Shown: positions 52,879 to 62,738, counted from the first letter of the stretch. The stretch is DNA of 64,000 nt from Faecousia sp. (GCA_045594585.1 JAZNYV010000186.1:77335-141334); one strand, 5' to 3'. Made by a program: numbers and translations. The notes: a model not told the origin generated them from the sequence alone.

Positions 52879-53145
52879 TTATTCAACAAGGTCGGTGAGG
52901 AGGTTGTAGAAGCCGTCTTGGGAGAGGATACCTCGTTTGAGGTCTTGGGGGAGGTCCCCTCTATCGTCGGCCTCGTAGTCGGCAAGCCACAGGGGGCTGT
53001 CGTAGTAAGCAAGGAGGATAGACAGCTTCTCTCCCTGGACCGGGTCCTCCTTGGGACGGAGGGTCCCCTGTTTGTGAGCGGTGAGCAGGTCCCGGAACAG
53101 GGCCTCCATGGCTCTGATCCGCAGGATCGGTTCTATGGGTTCCAT
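52879..53145 (-). CDS. DUF4298 family protein
   Basis: L.AYYDSPLWLADYEADD.G.LP.DLKRGILSQDG.YNLL. Confidence 0.82.
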   Translation of the reverse strand: MEPIEPILRIRAMEALFRDLLTAHKQGTLRPKEDPVQGEKLSILLAYYDSPLWLADYEADDRGDLPQDLKRGILSQDGFYNLLTDLVE

Positions 53146-53146
53146 C

Positions 53147-54742
53147 CTATCCCTCCTTTGTGATGGAGGCGATCAGGGCCTCGGCACAGAGGATACCGTC
53201 TACGGCGGCAGACATAATGCCTCCTGCGTAGCCTGCACCCTCGCCGCAGGGATAGAGGCCCCGTAAGCTGCTCCGGAGGCTCTCGTCACGGAGGATACGC
53301 AGGGGGGCAGAGCTCCGCGTCTCGGGAGCGGTAAGGACCCCGTTGGGGTCTGCAAGGCCCTTGAGCTGTCCGTCTAAGGCAAGAATGGCTTGTTTAAGGG
53401 TATGGGTGATCTTAGGTGGGAAGAGGTCGTGTAGGTCGCAGGGAGTTACACCCGGAGTATAGGAGGGGGTGACCTCTCCAAAGGAGGTGGAGGGCCGCCC
53501 GGCTAAGAAGTCCCCGATGGTCTGTGCCGGTGCGTAATACTTACAGCCGCCCAAACGGAAGGCTCGCTCCTCGATCTCCTCCTGCCAGAGCATTCCGCCT
53601 AAGGGAGTATCGTAGGGGAAGTCCTCAGGCTTTAAGGTAACCAGGAGGGCGGCGTTGGCATTGTCCCCTCCCCGGTCGCTGTAGCTCATGCCGTTGGTCA
53701 CCACCCGATCCTCTTGGGAGGCAGCTGCTATGATCACCCCGCCGGGACACATACAGAAGGTATAGGCACTGTTGCCGTCGGGCAGGTGGACACTGAGCTT
53801 GTAATCCGCAGGAGGGATCCCCCTGCCACGGGGACCGCCGTATTGGGCGTGGTCAATGGCGGCTTGCTTATGCTCGATCCGTACACCCATGGAGAAGGGC
53901 TTGGGCTCCATGGGGATCTCCATAGAACGGAGCTTGCGGTAGGTGTCCCGTGCACTGTGACCGATAGCAAGGATCACCTGCTCACAGGGCAGAGTAAGTC
54001 TCTGTCCGTCCTTGGTATAGATGACCCCGGTGATCCGTCCCTCTTCAATAAGGAATTTCTCAAATCTACAGCCGAAGCAGATCTCTCCGCCTAAGGACAG
54101 GATCCGCTGACGGAGGTTCCGCACTACTTGGCACAGAATGTCGGTGCCTACATGGGGCTTGGCATCATAGTGGATCTCCTCCTGTGCTCCCGCCTTGACG
54201 AATTGATGGAGGACCCAGCGGATCCGTTCATTCTTGGTGCCCGTATTCAGCTTGCCGTCAGAGAAGGTCCCTGCTCCACCCTCACCGAATTGCACGTTGG
54301 ATTCCGGGTCCAGGGGTCCGCCGTTGCGGAAGGCGGCAACGGCAGCGGCTCTCTCCTCCACAGCCTGTCCCCGTTCCAGGACAATGGGCTTGAGTCCTGC
54401 CATGGAAAGGACCAGGGCGGCAAAGATCCCTGCAGGACCGAAGCCCACCACAACAGGTCTGGTGTCGGAGGTACATTGAGGGACCTTGTAATAATAGGGC
54501 TCCTCGTAGGTGATCTTCTTGTTACGGAGCTGTTTGACGAGCTGACGTTCTCCCTTGCGGAGGGTCACGTCTACGGTATAGACCCAGGACAGGTCCGGCT
54601 TCTTGCGAGCATCTAAGGACCGCTTGTAGATCTGCAGGGAGGTAATATCCGATGCCCTGACACGCAGTGCCTGTGAGGCACAGTAGAGCAGGGTGTTCTT
54701 ATCGTGCTGAGGGGGTAAGATAATGTCTCTGATACGAATCAT
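53147..54742 (-). CDS. FAD-dependent oxidoreductase (COG2509-type)
   Basis: VVVGFGPAG, LERG, SNVQFGEGGAGTFSDGKL, AIGHSARDT, TFCMCPGG, PETRSSAP, GEGAGYAGGIMSAAVDG. Confidence 0.9.
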   Translation of the reverse strand: MIRIRDIILPPQHDKNTLLYCASQALRVRASDITSLQIYKRSLDARKKPDLSWVYTVDVTLRKGERQLVKQLRNKKITYEEPYYYKVPQCTSDTRPVVVGFGPAGIFAALVLSMAGLKPIVLERGQAVEERAAAVAAFRNGGPLDPESNVQFGEGGAGTFSDGKLNTGTKNERIRWVLHQFVKAGAQEEIHYDAKPHVGTDILCQVVRNLRQRILSLGGEICFGCRFEKFLIEEGRITGVIYTKDGQRLTLPCEQVILAIGHSARDTYRKLRSMEIPMEPKPFSMGVRIEHKQAAIDHAQYGGPRGRGIPPADYKLSVHLPDGNSAYTFCMCPGGVIIAAASQEDRVVTNGMSYSDRGGDNANAALLVTLKPEDFPYDTPLGGMLWQEEIEERAFRLGGCKYYAPAQTIGDFLAGRPSTSFGEVTPSYTPGVTPCDLHDLFPPKITHTLKQAILALDGQLKGLADPNGVLTAPETRSSAPLRILRDESLRSSLRGLYPCGEGAGYAGGIMSAAVDGILCAEALIASITKEG

Positions 54743-55923
54743 GGTGTACCTCTTAATTCTCCTGCCAGGCGGCCGGAGGACCATGCCCATTGCAGGTTAT
54801 AGCCGCCGCAGTCTCCGTCAATATCTAAGACCTCTCCTGCGGCATAGAGGCCGGGACAGAGACGACTCTCCAAGGTGGTGGGGTCAAAGTCTGCGGTGCG
54901 GATGCCCCCGGCCGTGACCTGTGCCTGCTCCATGCCCATGGTCCCTAAGACCGTGAGGCACAGTGCCTTGCACATATCCACCACACGGTCCAGGTTGCAG
55001 ACAGATCGGCAGGGCTGCTCTAAGGATATCCCACAGCCCCGTAGAATGGTCCTGCCTAAACGGTTGTGGAGGATCCCTGTAAGCAGGTCCTCTGCCTTAA
55101 GCGCCGGCAGGGTCCTGCATCGGTCCTCTAAGAGAGTCATAAGCTCATTGGAACGAAGGTCCGGCAGGAGGTCGATCTCCAGCTCTCCCCCAACGGCTCC
55201 CCTTGACAGCTCGAAGATCACGGGACCGCTGACACCGTAATCCGTAAATTGGAGCTCTCCCCTGCGGACCAGTCTGCCGTAGCGGACCTGTGCCTCACAG
55301 CGGACCCCCTTAAGGGAGCGGACCAAGTTGGTATCTGTCTTGAGCTGGACTAAGGAGGGGTAGAGCTTGGTCCTGGTATGACCCAGGGAGCCTAAGAGCC
55401 TGTAGCCCAGCTCCGTGCCTCCCAGCTTGGTCCCTGCCAAGCCGCCGGCACAGACAATGACACGGTCTGCATAGATGGGATCCTCGGAGGTCGTGGCTGT
55501 GAAGGAGGTCCCCTCCTTCCGGATAGACAGGATCTCTGTAGATGTCAGGAGCTGTACGTTGTCCCGCTGCTCAAGAGGCAGGCGGAGTACATCCAGCACG
55601 CTGTTGGCACTGTCACTGTAGGGATATACCCTGCCGGAGGGCTCCTTAACGGTTAGGAGTCCCAAAGAGCGGAAATAGGCCAGGGTGGCCTCTGTATCAA
55701 AGGATTTAAGGGCATAGGTACAGAAATCCCTGTCCTCCCCGTAATAATGGGAGACAGCCAAATTCCCGTTGGTCAGATTGCAACGGCCGTTCCCTGTGGC
55801 AAGGAGCTTGCGTCCCAAGCGATTATGCCGTTCTACCAGGATCACGTGATGCTTGGGGTCTTGGGATGCGGTGAGAGCAGCCATCATGCCGGAGGCTCCC
55901 CCACCGATGATCAATACGGTCAT
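54739..55923 (-). CDS. HI0933/YhiN (BaiN-like) family flavoprotein
   Basis: IIGGGASGMMAA, KLLATGNGRCNLTN, GRVYP, QFTDYGVSGP, AQVTAGG, GEVLDIDGDCGGYNLQWAWSSG. Confidence 0.92.
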   Translation of the reverse strand: MTVLIIGGGASGMMAALTASQDPKHHVILVERHNRLGRKLLATGNGRCNLTNGNLAVSHYYGEDRDFCTYALKSFDTEATLAYFRSLGLLTVKEPSGRVYPYSDSANSVLDVLRLPLEQRDNVQLLTSTEILSIRKEGTSFTATTSEDPIYADRVIVCAGGLAGTKLGGTELGYRLLGSLGHTRTKLYPSLVQLKTDTNLVRSLKGVRCEAQVRYGRLVRRGELQFTDYGVSGPVIFELSRGAVGGELEIDLLPDLRSNELMTLLEDRCRTLPALKAEDLLTGILHNRLGRTILRGCGISLEQPCRSVCNLDRVVDMCKALCLTVLGTMGMEQAQVTAGGIRTADFDPTTLESRLCPGLYAAGEVLDIDGDCGGYNLQWAWSSGRLAGELRGTP

Positions 55924-55955
55924 GGTAAACAGTCCCTTTCAAATATATCCCCTGT

Positions 55956-56021
55956 ATTATAACCGAAAACGGAAATTATGGCAAGGGGCTTCTTGACATG
56001 ACAGCCATTTTTCGATATGAT
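55956..56021. promoter_or_regulatory. Back-to-back divergent sigma-A promoters
   Basis: Minus: TTGCCA-17 nt-TATAAT (55984-55956); plus: TTGACA-17 nt-TATGAT (55993-56021). Confidence 0.7.
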
Positions 56022-56042
56022 ATTCTCAGGAGATGATGCATT

Positions 56043-56264
56043 ATGAATATGAATGAAGTCATTGCAAGAATCAACGAACTTGCAAGGATCGCCAAGACCC
56101 GTTCCCTGACTCCCCAGGAGGAGGCGGAGCGTGCCGACCTCCGGCAGAGATACATTGCCTCTGTCCGTGCCAATCTGAGAGCTCAGTTGGATCATACCTA
56201 TGTATTAGATGAGCAGGGCAACAAGAAGTCTGTTAAAGAAGCCAATGCTCGTAAATATCAATAA
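56043..56264 (+). CDS. DUF896 (UPF0291, YnzC-like) protein
   Basis: I.RINELA...K...LT.EE..E...LRQ.YI...R.NL..QL. Confidence 0.88.
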   Translation: MNMNEVIARINELARIAKTRSLTPQEEAERADLRQRYIASVRANLRAQLDHTYVLDEQGNKKSVKEANARKYQ

Positions 56265-56276
56265 AGGAGAATGACA

Positions 56277-59200
56277 ATGAGACGTTTTCTCGCACTGATG
56301 TTGGTCTGTGCCTGCGTGCTGGGGCTGATGCCCTCTGTATTGGCAACAGAAGGGCCCTCTGAGCCCACTCCTCTGACCCAAGAGGACTACCTTACAGCCG
56401 ATCTCATATGGGACTCGGTCTATTCCAAGGAGTCTGAGCTCCGCAGCAAGAGAGCTCCTGTATCTACCATTATCGAGGCTCTGATCACCCAGGTCACCGC
56501 CTCCCCCTATTATGCAGAGGGGAGTCTGATCCGCAGGGGGGATCACTTCTTCTGGGAGACCACTGAGGGGATCCCCTGCGGCTACTCCCCCCGTCTTGCA
56601 GAGATCGGACGGCAGGCTGAGTCTATGGAGGGCTATGATCCTTCCTCCGCTGAGACGGTCCTGACCACCTCCTACGAGGCCAAGGGCGGCCGTCCCGGGG
56701 GTAAGGATGTATTCCTGATCCAGCCCTACTACGGCATTGATGCAGACTTTACACGGCAGTATGAACTGGAGGCCAATGCCATTGCCCAGGCTACAGGTGG
56801 GACGGCTACGCTATACCGCACTACCTCTGCAACCATTGACGCCATTGCAGACTCTATAGAGGCCGGTGCTGTGGTCCTCTTTGACAGCCACGGAGACACG
56901 GACTACTCCGCAGGTGACGACTACACCTCCCGGGCAAACAGCTCCTATATCTGCCTGCAGACCGGGGAGGGTCTCACCTCTGAGGATTACGAGCTCGCAA
57001 CCGGCCCCTTCGGGGAGTATTATCATGCCTTCTACGGCGGCTCCTACGGCTCTATGAAGTACTACTGCGTAGACGGCACCGCTATTTCCAACCACATGGA
57101 TAAGGATGCGGATAACAGCATTCTGTGGATGGCCCTGTGTCTGAGTATGGCTACAGATGGGCTCCAGGCTCCTCTGCGGAGCCGTGGTGTTGAGGTAGCC
57201 TACGGCTATTCTCAGTCCGTGACCTTTGAGTACGATTACCGCTGGGAGGAGATCTTCTGGGAGGATATGCTCCTGGGCAAGACCGTAGCCGAGGCGGTAG
57301 ACCGTATGAAAACAGAGGTGGGTCTGTGGGATTGGTGCCACAGTGCAGGCTATGATACCATAGAGGAGGCAAGAGCCACTTATTCTGCCTTCCCCATTGT
57401 GGTATCCGGGGAGGATGTCTATCCCGGACATGGGAAGGTAGACGATTTACAGACCGTACGGTCTACATGGACCCTCCTGTCCCCCTGCGACCATGGAGAG
57501 ATCCACTATATAGAGGCAAGCTCCCCTACCTGTACGGAGGACGGCAATATTGCCTATTACCTCTGCACGCTATGTAACGGGCTGTTCCGTGACGAGGCAC
57601 TGACAGAACGGCTCCTCCTTAAGGAGACGATCCTGGAGGCTACGGGACACAGCTATGACGAGGGGCAGACCACCACGGCTCCCGGCTGTACCACGGACGG
57701 TGTACTGACCTATACCTGCGCAGACTGCGGTCACAGCTATACGGAGCTGTTACCTATGCTGGGACACGAGTACGTCGATGGCTACTGCACCCTGTGCGGA
57801 AAGGAAAGACCCTATGCCGTAGATTTTACCATTGGCAGCAGCGGTGTCTATGTTCTGGCGGCCAATGTCAACGGTGTTTACTACGCCATGCCCAACAGCT
57901 ATACCGCCACCAGCGGCAAGCTGTCCGGTGTACAGATCGACGGAAGTCAAGGCTTTATCGAAGAGGAATTGGCGGCAGACTTTGCACTGACTCTGACCTA
58001 TGATGCCGAAACCGGGAAATACACCATCTTCAACGGCACCTATTATCTGAGATATCCCTCCTCTACCAATCTTGGGGGCATTACCTCCCCCTATTATTGG
58101 ACCATTGAGCCCGGTGTTAACGGGAGCTGGAAGCTCATCTCCCAGACCTCCAGCCGTGGGCTGGTCTACCGTGCCTCCGGCTACAACTGCTTCGGCGGCT
58201 ATTACAGACCCAATGTGACCTCCGGGGGACGGGAATACTTCGATATTGAGATCCTGCCCGTTGGGGGCACCTCCTCTGAAGCACCCACCTGTCAGCACAG
58301 CAGTACGGAGCAGAAGATGGTTCCTGCCACCTGTACGGAAGAAGGGACGCTGGATCTGCTGTGTAAGGATTGCGGTGCCCTCCTGCACCACCAGGTCCTG
58401 GCACCTAACGGTCACACCTGGCTCCCCGGAGAGGTCCTGACTCAGCCTACCTGTGAGGGTGAGGGCTTACAGGCCTATTACTGTCAATTCTGCACAGAGA
58501 CCAAGACAGAGTCCGTAGCTCCCACGGGTCATAGCTGGGATGGAGGAATGGTTACCGCAGAGCCTACCTGCAGTGCAGAGGGCATACTGACCTATACCTG
58601 CTCCCTGTGCTCCGCCACCTATACAGAGGAGATCCCCACCCTATCCCATACCTGGGACGAGGGCAAGGTGACCACAGAGCCCTCCTGTACCGAGACCGGG
58701 GTCATGACCTATGAATGCGTTGTATGTCATACGACTTATACCGAGGATACTCCTGCAAAGGGTCATACCTGGGACCAAGGGACCCTAACTACGGCTCCCA
58801 CCTGCACCATGGAGGGTGTAATGACCTATATCTGTATCTATTGTACGGCTACCGTGACCGAGGAGGTTCCCACCATAGATCACAGGATGGAAAACGGGGT
58901 CTGTACCCTCTGCGGATATACAGATGATCCCCAGGAGCCTGAGGGCAGTGACGTGATCCTTGACGAGTCCATTGTAATAAATCACAGCTTGAATCTTGCC
59001 AGCGATATTTCCATCAACTACGTGGTGCTGTCCTCCCTGTTAGAGGGCTACGACACCTTTACCCTCCACTGTCAGGTCCCCGTTTACGAGGGAGAGGACC
59101 TTGTTGACTACGAGACCGTAGCGGTCGAGCCTGTGAAGAACGGATACTTCTATTACTTCACCCTTACGGGCATCACTGCGGTACAGATGGGTGACAGCAT

Positions 59201-59891
59201 CCGCTCTACTCTGTACTTAACCAAGGAGGATGTGCAGTACTGCTCCAAGACAGACGAGTATTCCGTCGCCGATTATGCCTACGGGCAGCTACGGAAGGAG
59301 ACCTCTGCCCCGGCACTTAAGACACTCTGTGCCCAGCTCCTGCGTTACGGCTCCTATGCACAGCAGTTTAAGTCCTATCGGACAGAGAGCCTTGCAGACG
59401 GGGCCATGACCTCCGAGGAAAAGGCATATCTGAATGCATTGGACGAAGTATCCTTTAGCTCCAACAACAAGGTTTTAGAGGATCTGCAGGATCCTACGGT
59501 GACTTGGGCAGGCAAGACCCTGAATCTGGAATCCAAGGTGGTCCTGCGATTCATTGCAGATCTGAGTAAGTACGAAGGAGATCCCGAGGAGCTGAGTCTC
59601 AGAGTCAGCTACAGGAACTACAAGAGCGAGGATGTGGAGCTGGTGCTCCCTGCTCCCCGGCTCTATGTGGAGGAGCTGAAGTACTATACCTTCGACTTAG
59701 ATACCCTCCTGGCGGCAGAGCTCCGCACCGTTGTCAGTGCGGCGGTGTATTGCGGCGAGACCCAGGTCTCCCCCACGGTGCAGTACAGCCCCGATGCCTA
59801 CGGCATCGGCAAGAGCGGCACCCTCCTGTCCCTGTGCAGGGCTCTCATTGCCTACTCCGATACAGCCCTGGCTTATTTCACTCAGCAGTAA
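56277..59891 (+). CDS. Large secreted protein: putative clan-CD (gingipain/caspase-like) cysteine peptidase domain, Cys-rich repeats, shared C-terminal module
   Basis: Signal peptide; FDSHG...LWMALCLSM...GVEVAYGY; many PTC..EG..TY.C..C repeats; C-terminus clearly homologous to 6522-9851. Confidence 0.75.
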   Translation: MRRFLALMLVCACVLGLMPSVLATEGPSEPTPLTQEDYLTADLIWDSVYSKESELRSKRAPVSTIIEALITQVTASPYYAEGSLIRRGDHFFWETTEGIPCGYSPRLAEIGRQAESMEGYDPSSAETVLTTSYEAKGGRPGGKDVFLIQPYYGIDADFTRQYELEANAIAQATGGTATLYRTTSATIDAIADSIEAGAVVLFDSHGDTDYSAGDDYTSRANSSYICLQTGEGLTSEDYELATGPFGEYYHAFYGGSYGSMKYYCVDGTAISNHMDKDADNSILWMALCLSMATDGLQAPLRSRGVEVAYGYSQSVTFEYDYRWEEIFWEDMLLGKTVAEAVDRMKTEVGLWDWCHSAGYDTIEEARATYSAFPIVVSGEDVYPGHGKVDDLQTVRSTWTLLSPCDHGEIHYIEASSPTCTEDGNIAYYLCTLCNGLFRDEALTERLLLKETILEATGHSYDEGQTTTAPGCTTDGVLTYTCADCGHSYTELLPMLGHEYVDGYCTLCGKERPYAVDFTIGSSGVYVLAANVNGVYYAMPNSYTATSGKLSGVQIDGSQGFIEEELAADFALTLTYDAETGKYTIFNGTYYLRYPSSTNLGGITSPYYWTIEPGVNGSWKLISQTSSRGLVYRASGYNCFGGYYRPNVTSGGREYFDIEILPVGGTSSEAPTCQHSSTEQKMVPATCTEEGTLDLLCKDCGALLHHQVLAPNGHTWLPGEVLTQPTCEGEGLQAYYCQFCTETKTESVAPTGHSWDGGMVTAEPTCSAEGILTYTCSLCSATYTEEIPTLSHTWDEGKVTTEPSCTETGVMTYECVVCHTTYTEDTPAKGHTWDQGTLTTAPTCTMEGVMTYICIYCTATVTEEVPTIDHRMENGVCTLCGYTDDPQEPEGSDVILDESIVINHSLNLASDISINYVVLSSLLEGYDTFTLHCQVPVYEGEDLVDYETVAVEPVKNGYFYYFTLTGITAVQMGDSIRSTLYLTKEDVQYCSKTDEYSVADYAYGQLRKETSAPALKTLCAQLLRYGSYAQQFKSYRTESLADGAMTSEEKAYLNALDEVSFSSNNKVLEDLQDPTVTWAGKTLNLESKVVLRFIADLSKYEGDPEELSLRVSYRNYKSEDVELVLPAPRLYVEELKYYTFDLDTLLAAELRTVVSAAVYCGETQVSPTVQYSPDAYGIGKSGTLLSLCRALIAYSDTALAYFTQQ

Positions 59892-59906
59892 GAAAGGAAG
59901 AACAAC

Positions 59907-60410
59907 ATGAATCAAACACTGATCGTCATTGATATGCAGAAGGACTTTATTGACGGTGCCCTGGGAACTGCAGAGGCACAGGCCATTGTACCTGCTGTCA
60001 TAGAGAAGATCCGCCTCCGCAGGGAGGCGGGCTGGAACATCCTATACACCCGTGATACACACGGAGAGGACTATTTGGACACTCCCGAGGGGAAGAAGCT
60101 CCCTGTCCCCCACTGCATCAAGGGGACCGAGGGCTGGCAGATCCCCAAAGAGCTCTATGTAGAGGGCTGTGGGTGTATCGACAAGCCCACCTTCGGCTAT
60201 ACAGGGTGGACGACCTACGAGTTTGACCGTATCGAGCTGGTAGGTCTGTGTACGGATATCTGCGTGGTATCCAATGCACTGATCCTTAAGGCTGCCTTCC
60301 CGGAAGCACAGATCTCCGTAGATCCTCTGTGCTGTGCAGGTGTCACCCCGGAGAGCCACGAGGCGGCTCTTAAGACTATGGCTATGTGCCAGATCGATAT
60401 TTGCTCGTAG
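59907..60410 (+). CDS. pncA: Nicotinamidase/isochorismatase family cysteine hydrolase
   Basis: LIVIDMQKDF, TRDTH, PHCIKGTEGW, DKPTFG, GLCTDICV. Confidence 0.85.
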   Translation: MNQTLIVIDMQKDFIDGALGTAEAQAIVPAVIEKIRLRREAGWNILYTRDTHGEDYLDTPEGKKLPVPHCIKGTEGWQIPKELYVEGCGCIDKPTFGYTGWTTYEFDRIELVGLCTDICVVSNALILKAAFPEAQISVDPLCCAGVTPESHEAALKTMAMCQIDICS

Positions 60411-60580
60411 TATTATCGGAATGTTTTAAGTTCGTTCATAGTTTCGTAAAATAATCCCTGTATACTGCAAGTGTAAGGACGATGTCCCTCCTCTCTTAGG
60501 GCGTCGCACCTGCAGTCTTGTTTTCATTTTTCTCTCTTCTTTTTTCTCTCTTTTTTATGTCCCTCTCTTTTTCTGTAAGC

Positions 60581-60622
60581 GGAATCCCCGATCTGCCGTA
60601 ACACGGCAGGTCGGGGATTTCC
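60581..60622. terminator. Strong hairpin terminating obgE (and any plus-strand transcript)
   Basis: GGAATCCCCGATCTGCCGT-AAC-ACGGCAGGTCGGGGATTTCC. Confidence 0.8.
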
Positions 60623-60635
60623 CTGTAATAAAGAA

Positions 60636-61910
60636 TTATCGCTCGTAATCGAACTCGAAATCGTAGATGCTGACGGTGTCGCCGTCCTCAATGCCCAGTT
60701 CCTCCAAACGGGTGAAGAGGCCGCTCTTGCGGAGCTGGCGGTCGAAGTACATACGGGATTCGTAATCGGCAAAGTTGATATCGTTAATGAGCTGCTGGAG
60801 CCACTTGCCGGAAATGACCCAGGTATCACCGAACTGCTCAATGGTCAGATCCTCTGCCTCCCCTGCCTCTGCCAGGGGCTTAACATACTCCGGCTCATAG
60901 ACGATGACCGGGGGCAGATCCTGCAGCTTGCTTGCAACGATCCTCATAAGCTGACGGGTGCCCTGGGTGGTAGCGGCGGAGATCTCGTAGAACTCGTAGC
61001 CTCGCTCTGTAACATAGGCACGGAGCCGCTCTAAGTTGTCACTACCCTCAGGGATCAGGTCGCACTTGTTGGCGGCGACGATCATGGGACGGGAGGCAAG
61101 GGTCTCGGAATAGTTGGCAAGCTCTGCATTGATCTTCTCGAAATCCTCAACGGGGTCCCGATCCTCACAGCCGGATACGTCTACCACATGGATCATCAGG
61201 CGGCAACGGTCGATATGGCGGAGGAAATCATGACCCAGGCCTGCACCCTCTGCGGCACCTTCAATGATACCGGGGATGTCTGCCATAACGAAGGACACGC
61301 CCTCGTCAACATATATAACCCCCAGGTTGGGATACAGGGTGGTAAAATGATAGTTGGCGATCTTGGGACGGGCATTGGAGGTCACAGACAGGAGGGTGGA
61401 CTTGCCTACATTGGGGAAGCCTACCAGGCCAACATCTGCCAGGAGCTTAAGTTCCAGGATGACCTCGTGCTCCTCACCGGGGAGACCTGCCTTGGCAAAG
61501 CGGGGGACCTGACGGGTGGGGGTAGCAAAGTGTGAATTACCCCAGCCCCCTCTGCCGCCCTTACACAGAATATAATCCTCGGTGTCTGACATATCCTTAA
61601 TGACCTCGTTGGTGGCGGCATCACGGACCACGGTGCCGCGGGGAATGCGGATCACAAGATCCTCCCCACGCTTGCCGGAGCGTCTGCCTCCCTGGCCGTC
61701 CATGCCGGGAGATGCGGTATACTTCCGCTTGTATCGGAAGTCCATGAGGGTAGACATATGATCGTCTACACGGAGGACGATATTACCCCCTCTGCCGCCG
61801 TCTCCCCCATCGGGGCCCCCTGCGGCAACGAACTTCTCACGGTGGAAGGCAACAGCACCGTTGCCGCCGTTGCCTGCTTTCACGAAAATTTTGACTTTAT
61901 CTACAAACAT
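60636..61910 (-). CDS. obgE: GTPase ObgE/CgtA
   Basis: GPDGGDGGRGG, GFPNVGKSTL, YHFTTL, DIPGIIEGA, NKCD, C-terminal DUF1967 domain. Confidence 0.97.
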   Translation of the reverse strand: MFVDKVKIFVKAGNGGNGAVAFHREKFVAAGGPDGGDGGRGGNIVLRVDDHMSTLMDFRYKRKYTASPGMDGQGGRRSGKRGEDLVIRIPRGTVVRDAATNEVIKDMSDTEDYILCKGGRGGWGNSHFATPTRQVPRFAKAGLPGEEHEVILELKLLADVGLVGFPNVGKSTLLSVTSNARPKIANYHFTTLYPNLGVIYVDEGVSFVMADIPGIIEGAAEGAGLGHDFLRHIDRCRLMIHVVDVSGCEDRDPVEDFEKINAELANYSETLASRPMIVAANKCDLIPEGSDNLERLRAYVTERGYEFYEISAATTQGTRQLMRIVASKLQDLPPVIVYEPEYVKPLAEAGEAEDLTIEQFGDTWVISGKWLQQLINDINFADYESRMYFDRQLRKSGLFTRLEELGIEDGDTVSIYDFEFDYER

Positions 61911-62065
61911 TACATTTCTCTCCTAATACTCGGGGTGCTTCCAAAAACTAATTTCGAGCAGAAGCCGAGATATTTTGGCTCAAATTTTACGTTGAAACCC
62001 GAAGGGTTTCAAAAGGAGTCGGCTCTCTGCCGGAAGTAGTTTTTTGAAGTACCCCTTTAAAAAAA

Positions 62066-62091
62066 ACCGGAACATATTGCTATGTTCCGGT
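62066..62091 (-). terminator. Terminator after rpmA
   Basis: ACCGGAACATA-GCAA-TATGTTCCGGT then TTTTTTT on minus strand. Confidence 0.85.
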
Positions 62092-62115
62092 CTTCTTCAA
62101 GATAGCCTTGGCAAA

Positions 62116-62397
62116 TTACTGTGCAGCGTATACGGAGCACTGCTTGCGATCCTTGCCCTTGCGCTCGAACTTGACATGACCGTCGATAAGAGCGAAGAGG
62201 GTGTCGTCAGTGCCGATGCCCACGTTATTGCCGGGATGAATGTGCGTGCCTCTCTGGCGAACCAGGATGTTGCCGGCCAGAACGAACTGACCGTCAGCGC
62301 GCTTCACGCCCAGTCTCTTGGACTCGGAGTCACGGCCGTTCTTGGTGGAACCGCCGCCCTTCTTATGTGCGAAGAACTGAAAACCGATTTTCAACAT
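62116..62397 (-). CDS. rpmA: 50S ribosomal protein L27 with Firmicute N-terminal extension
   Basis: [30 protein letters not shown]. Confidence 0.98.
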   Translation of the reverse strand: MLKIGFQFFAHKKGGGSTKNGRDSESKRLGVKRADGQFVLAGNILVRQRGTHIHPGNNVGIGTDDTLFALIDGHVKFERKGKDRKQCSVYAAQ

Positions 62398-62402
62398 TTG
62401 AG

Positions 62403-62726
62403 TTACACCTCCATAACTTCGATATAATCAGGATAGTCGTCCCGCAAGGAGCACATGGTCAGCATAAAGCCGGTCAGCACTGCCTGTACTGCGTCCTCAT
62501 CGTCGCAGAGAGCGGGAAGTGTCAGGGTGATCCGGGGCTCGTCCTCACGGACTTTGGTGTTGCAATGATTGCCGAGAACATCGTTAATGGTACACTCCGC
62601 AAACTGCACTGCTGCAGATACGGCTGCACATACGATATCGCTGCCCTCTTCGCCATAGCCGCTATGCCCGGAAACGGAGAATCCGTTGATTCTGCCGCTT
62701 TGATTGAAAATTTCAACTTTGGTCAT
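62403..62726 (-). CDS. prp: Ribosomal-processing cysteine protease Prp
   Basis: [16 protein letters not shown]; located between rplU and rpmA. Confidence 0.93.
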   Translation of the reverse strand: MTKVEIFNQSGRINGFSVSGHSGYGEEGSDIVCAAVSAAVQFAECTINDVLGNHCNTKVREDEPRITLTLPALCDDEDAVQAVLTGFMLTMCSLRDDYPDYIEVMEV

Positions 62727-62738
62727 AATCTAAATAGA

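Noticed and set aside
53147-55923. A bai (7-alpha-dehydroxylation) operon
   Set aside because: None of baiB, baiCD, baiE, baiF, baiG or baiH is present; the flavoprotein pair is widespread
55981-56042. LexA box upstream of the YnzC-like DUF896 gene
   Set aside because: No CGAAC-N4-GTTCG-like site visible
60524-60841. 105-aa minus-strand ORF with a basic C-terminus
   Set aside because: Out-of-frame overlap with the obgE 3' end; the tail comes from the reverse complement of the pyrimidine tract; no SD
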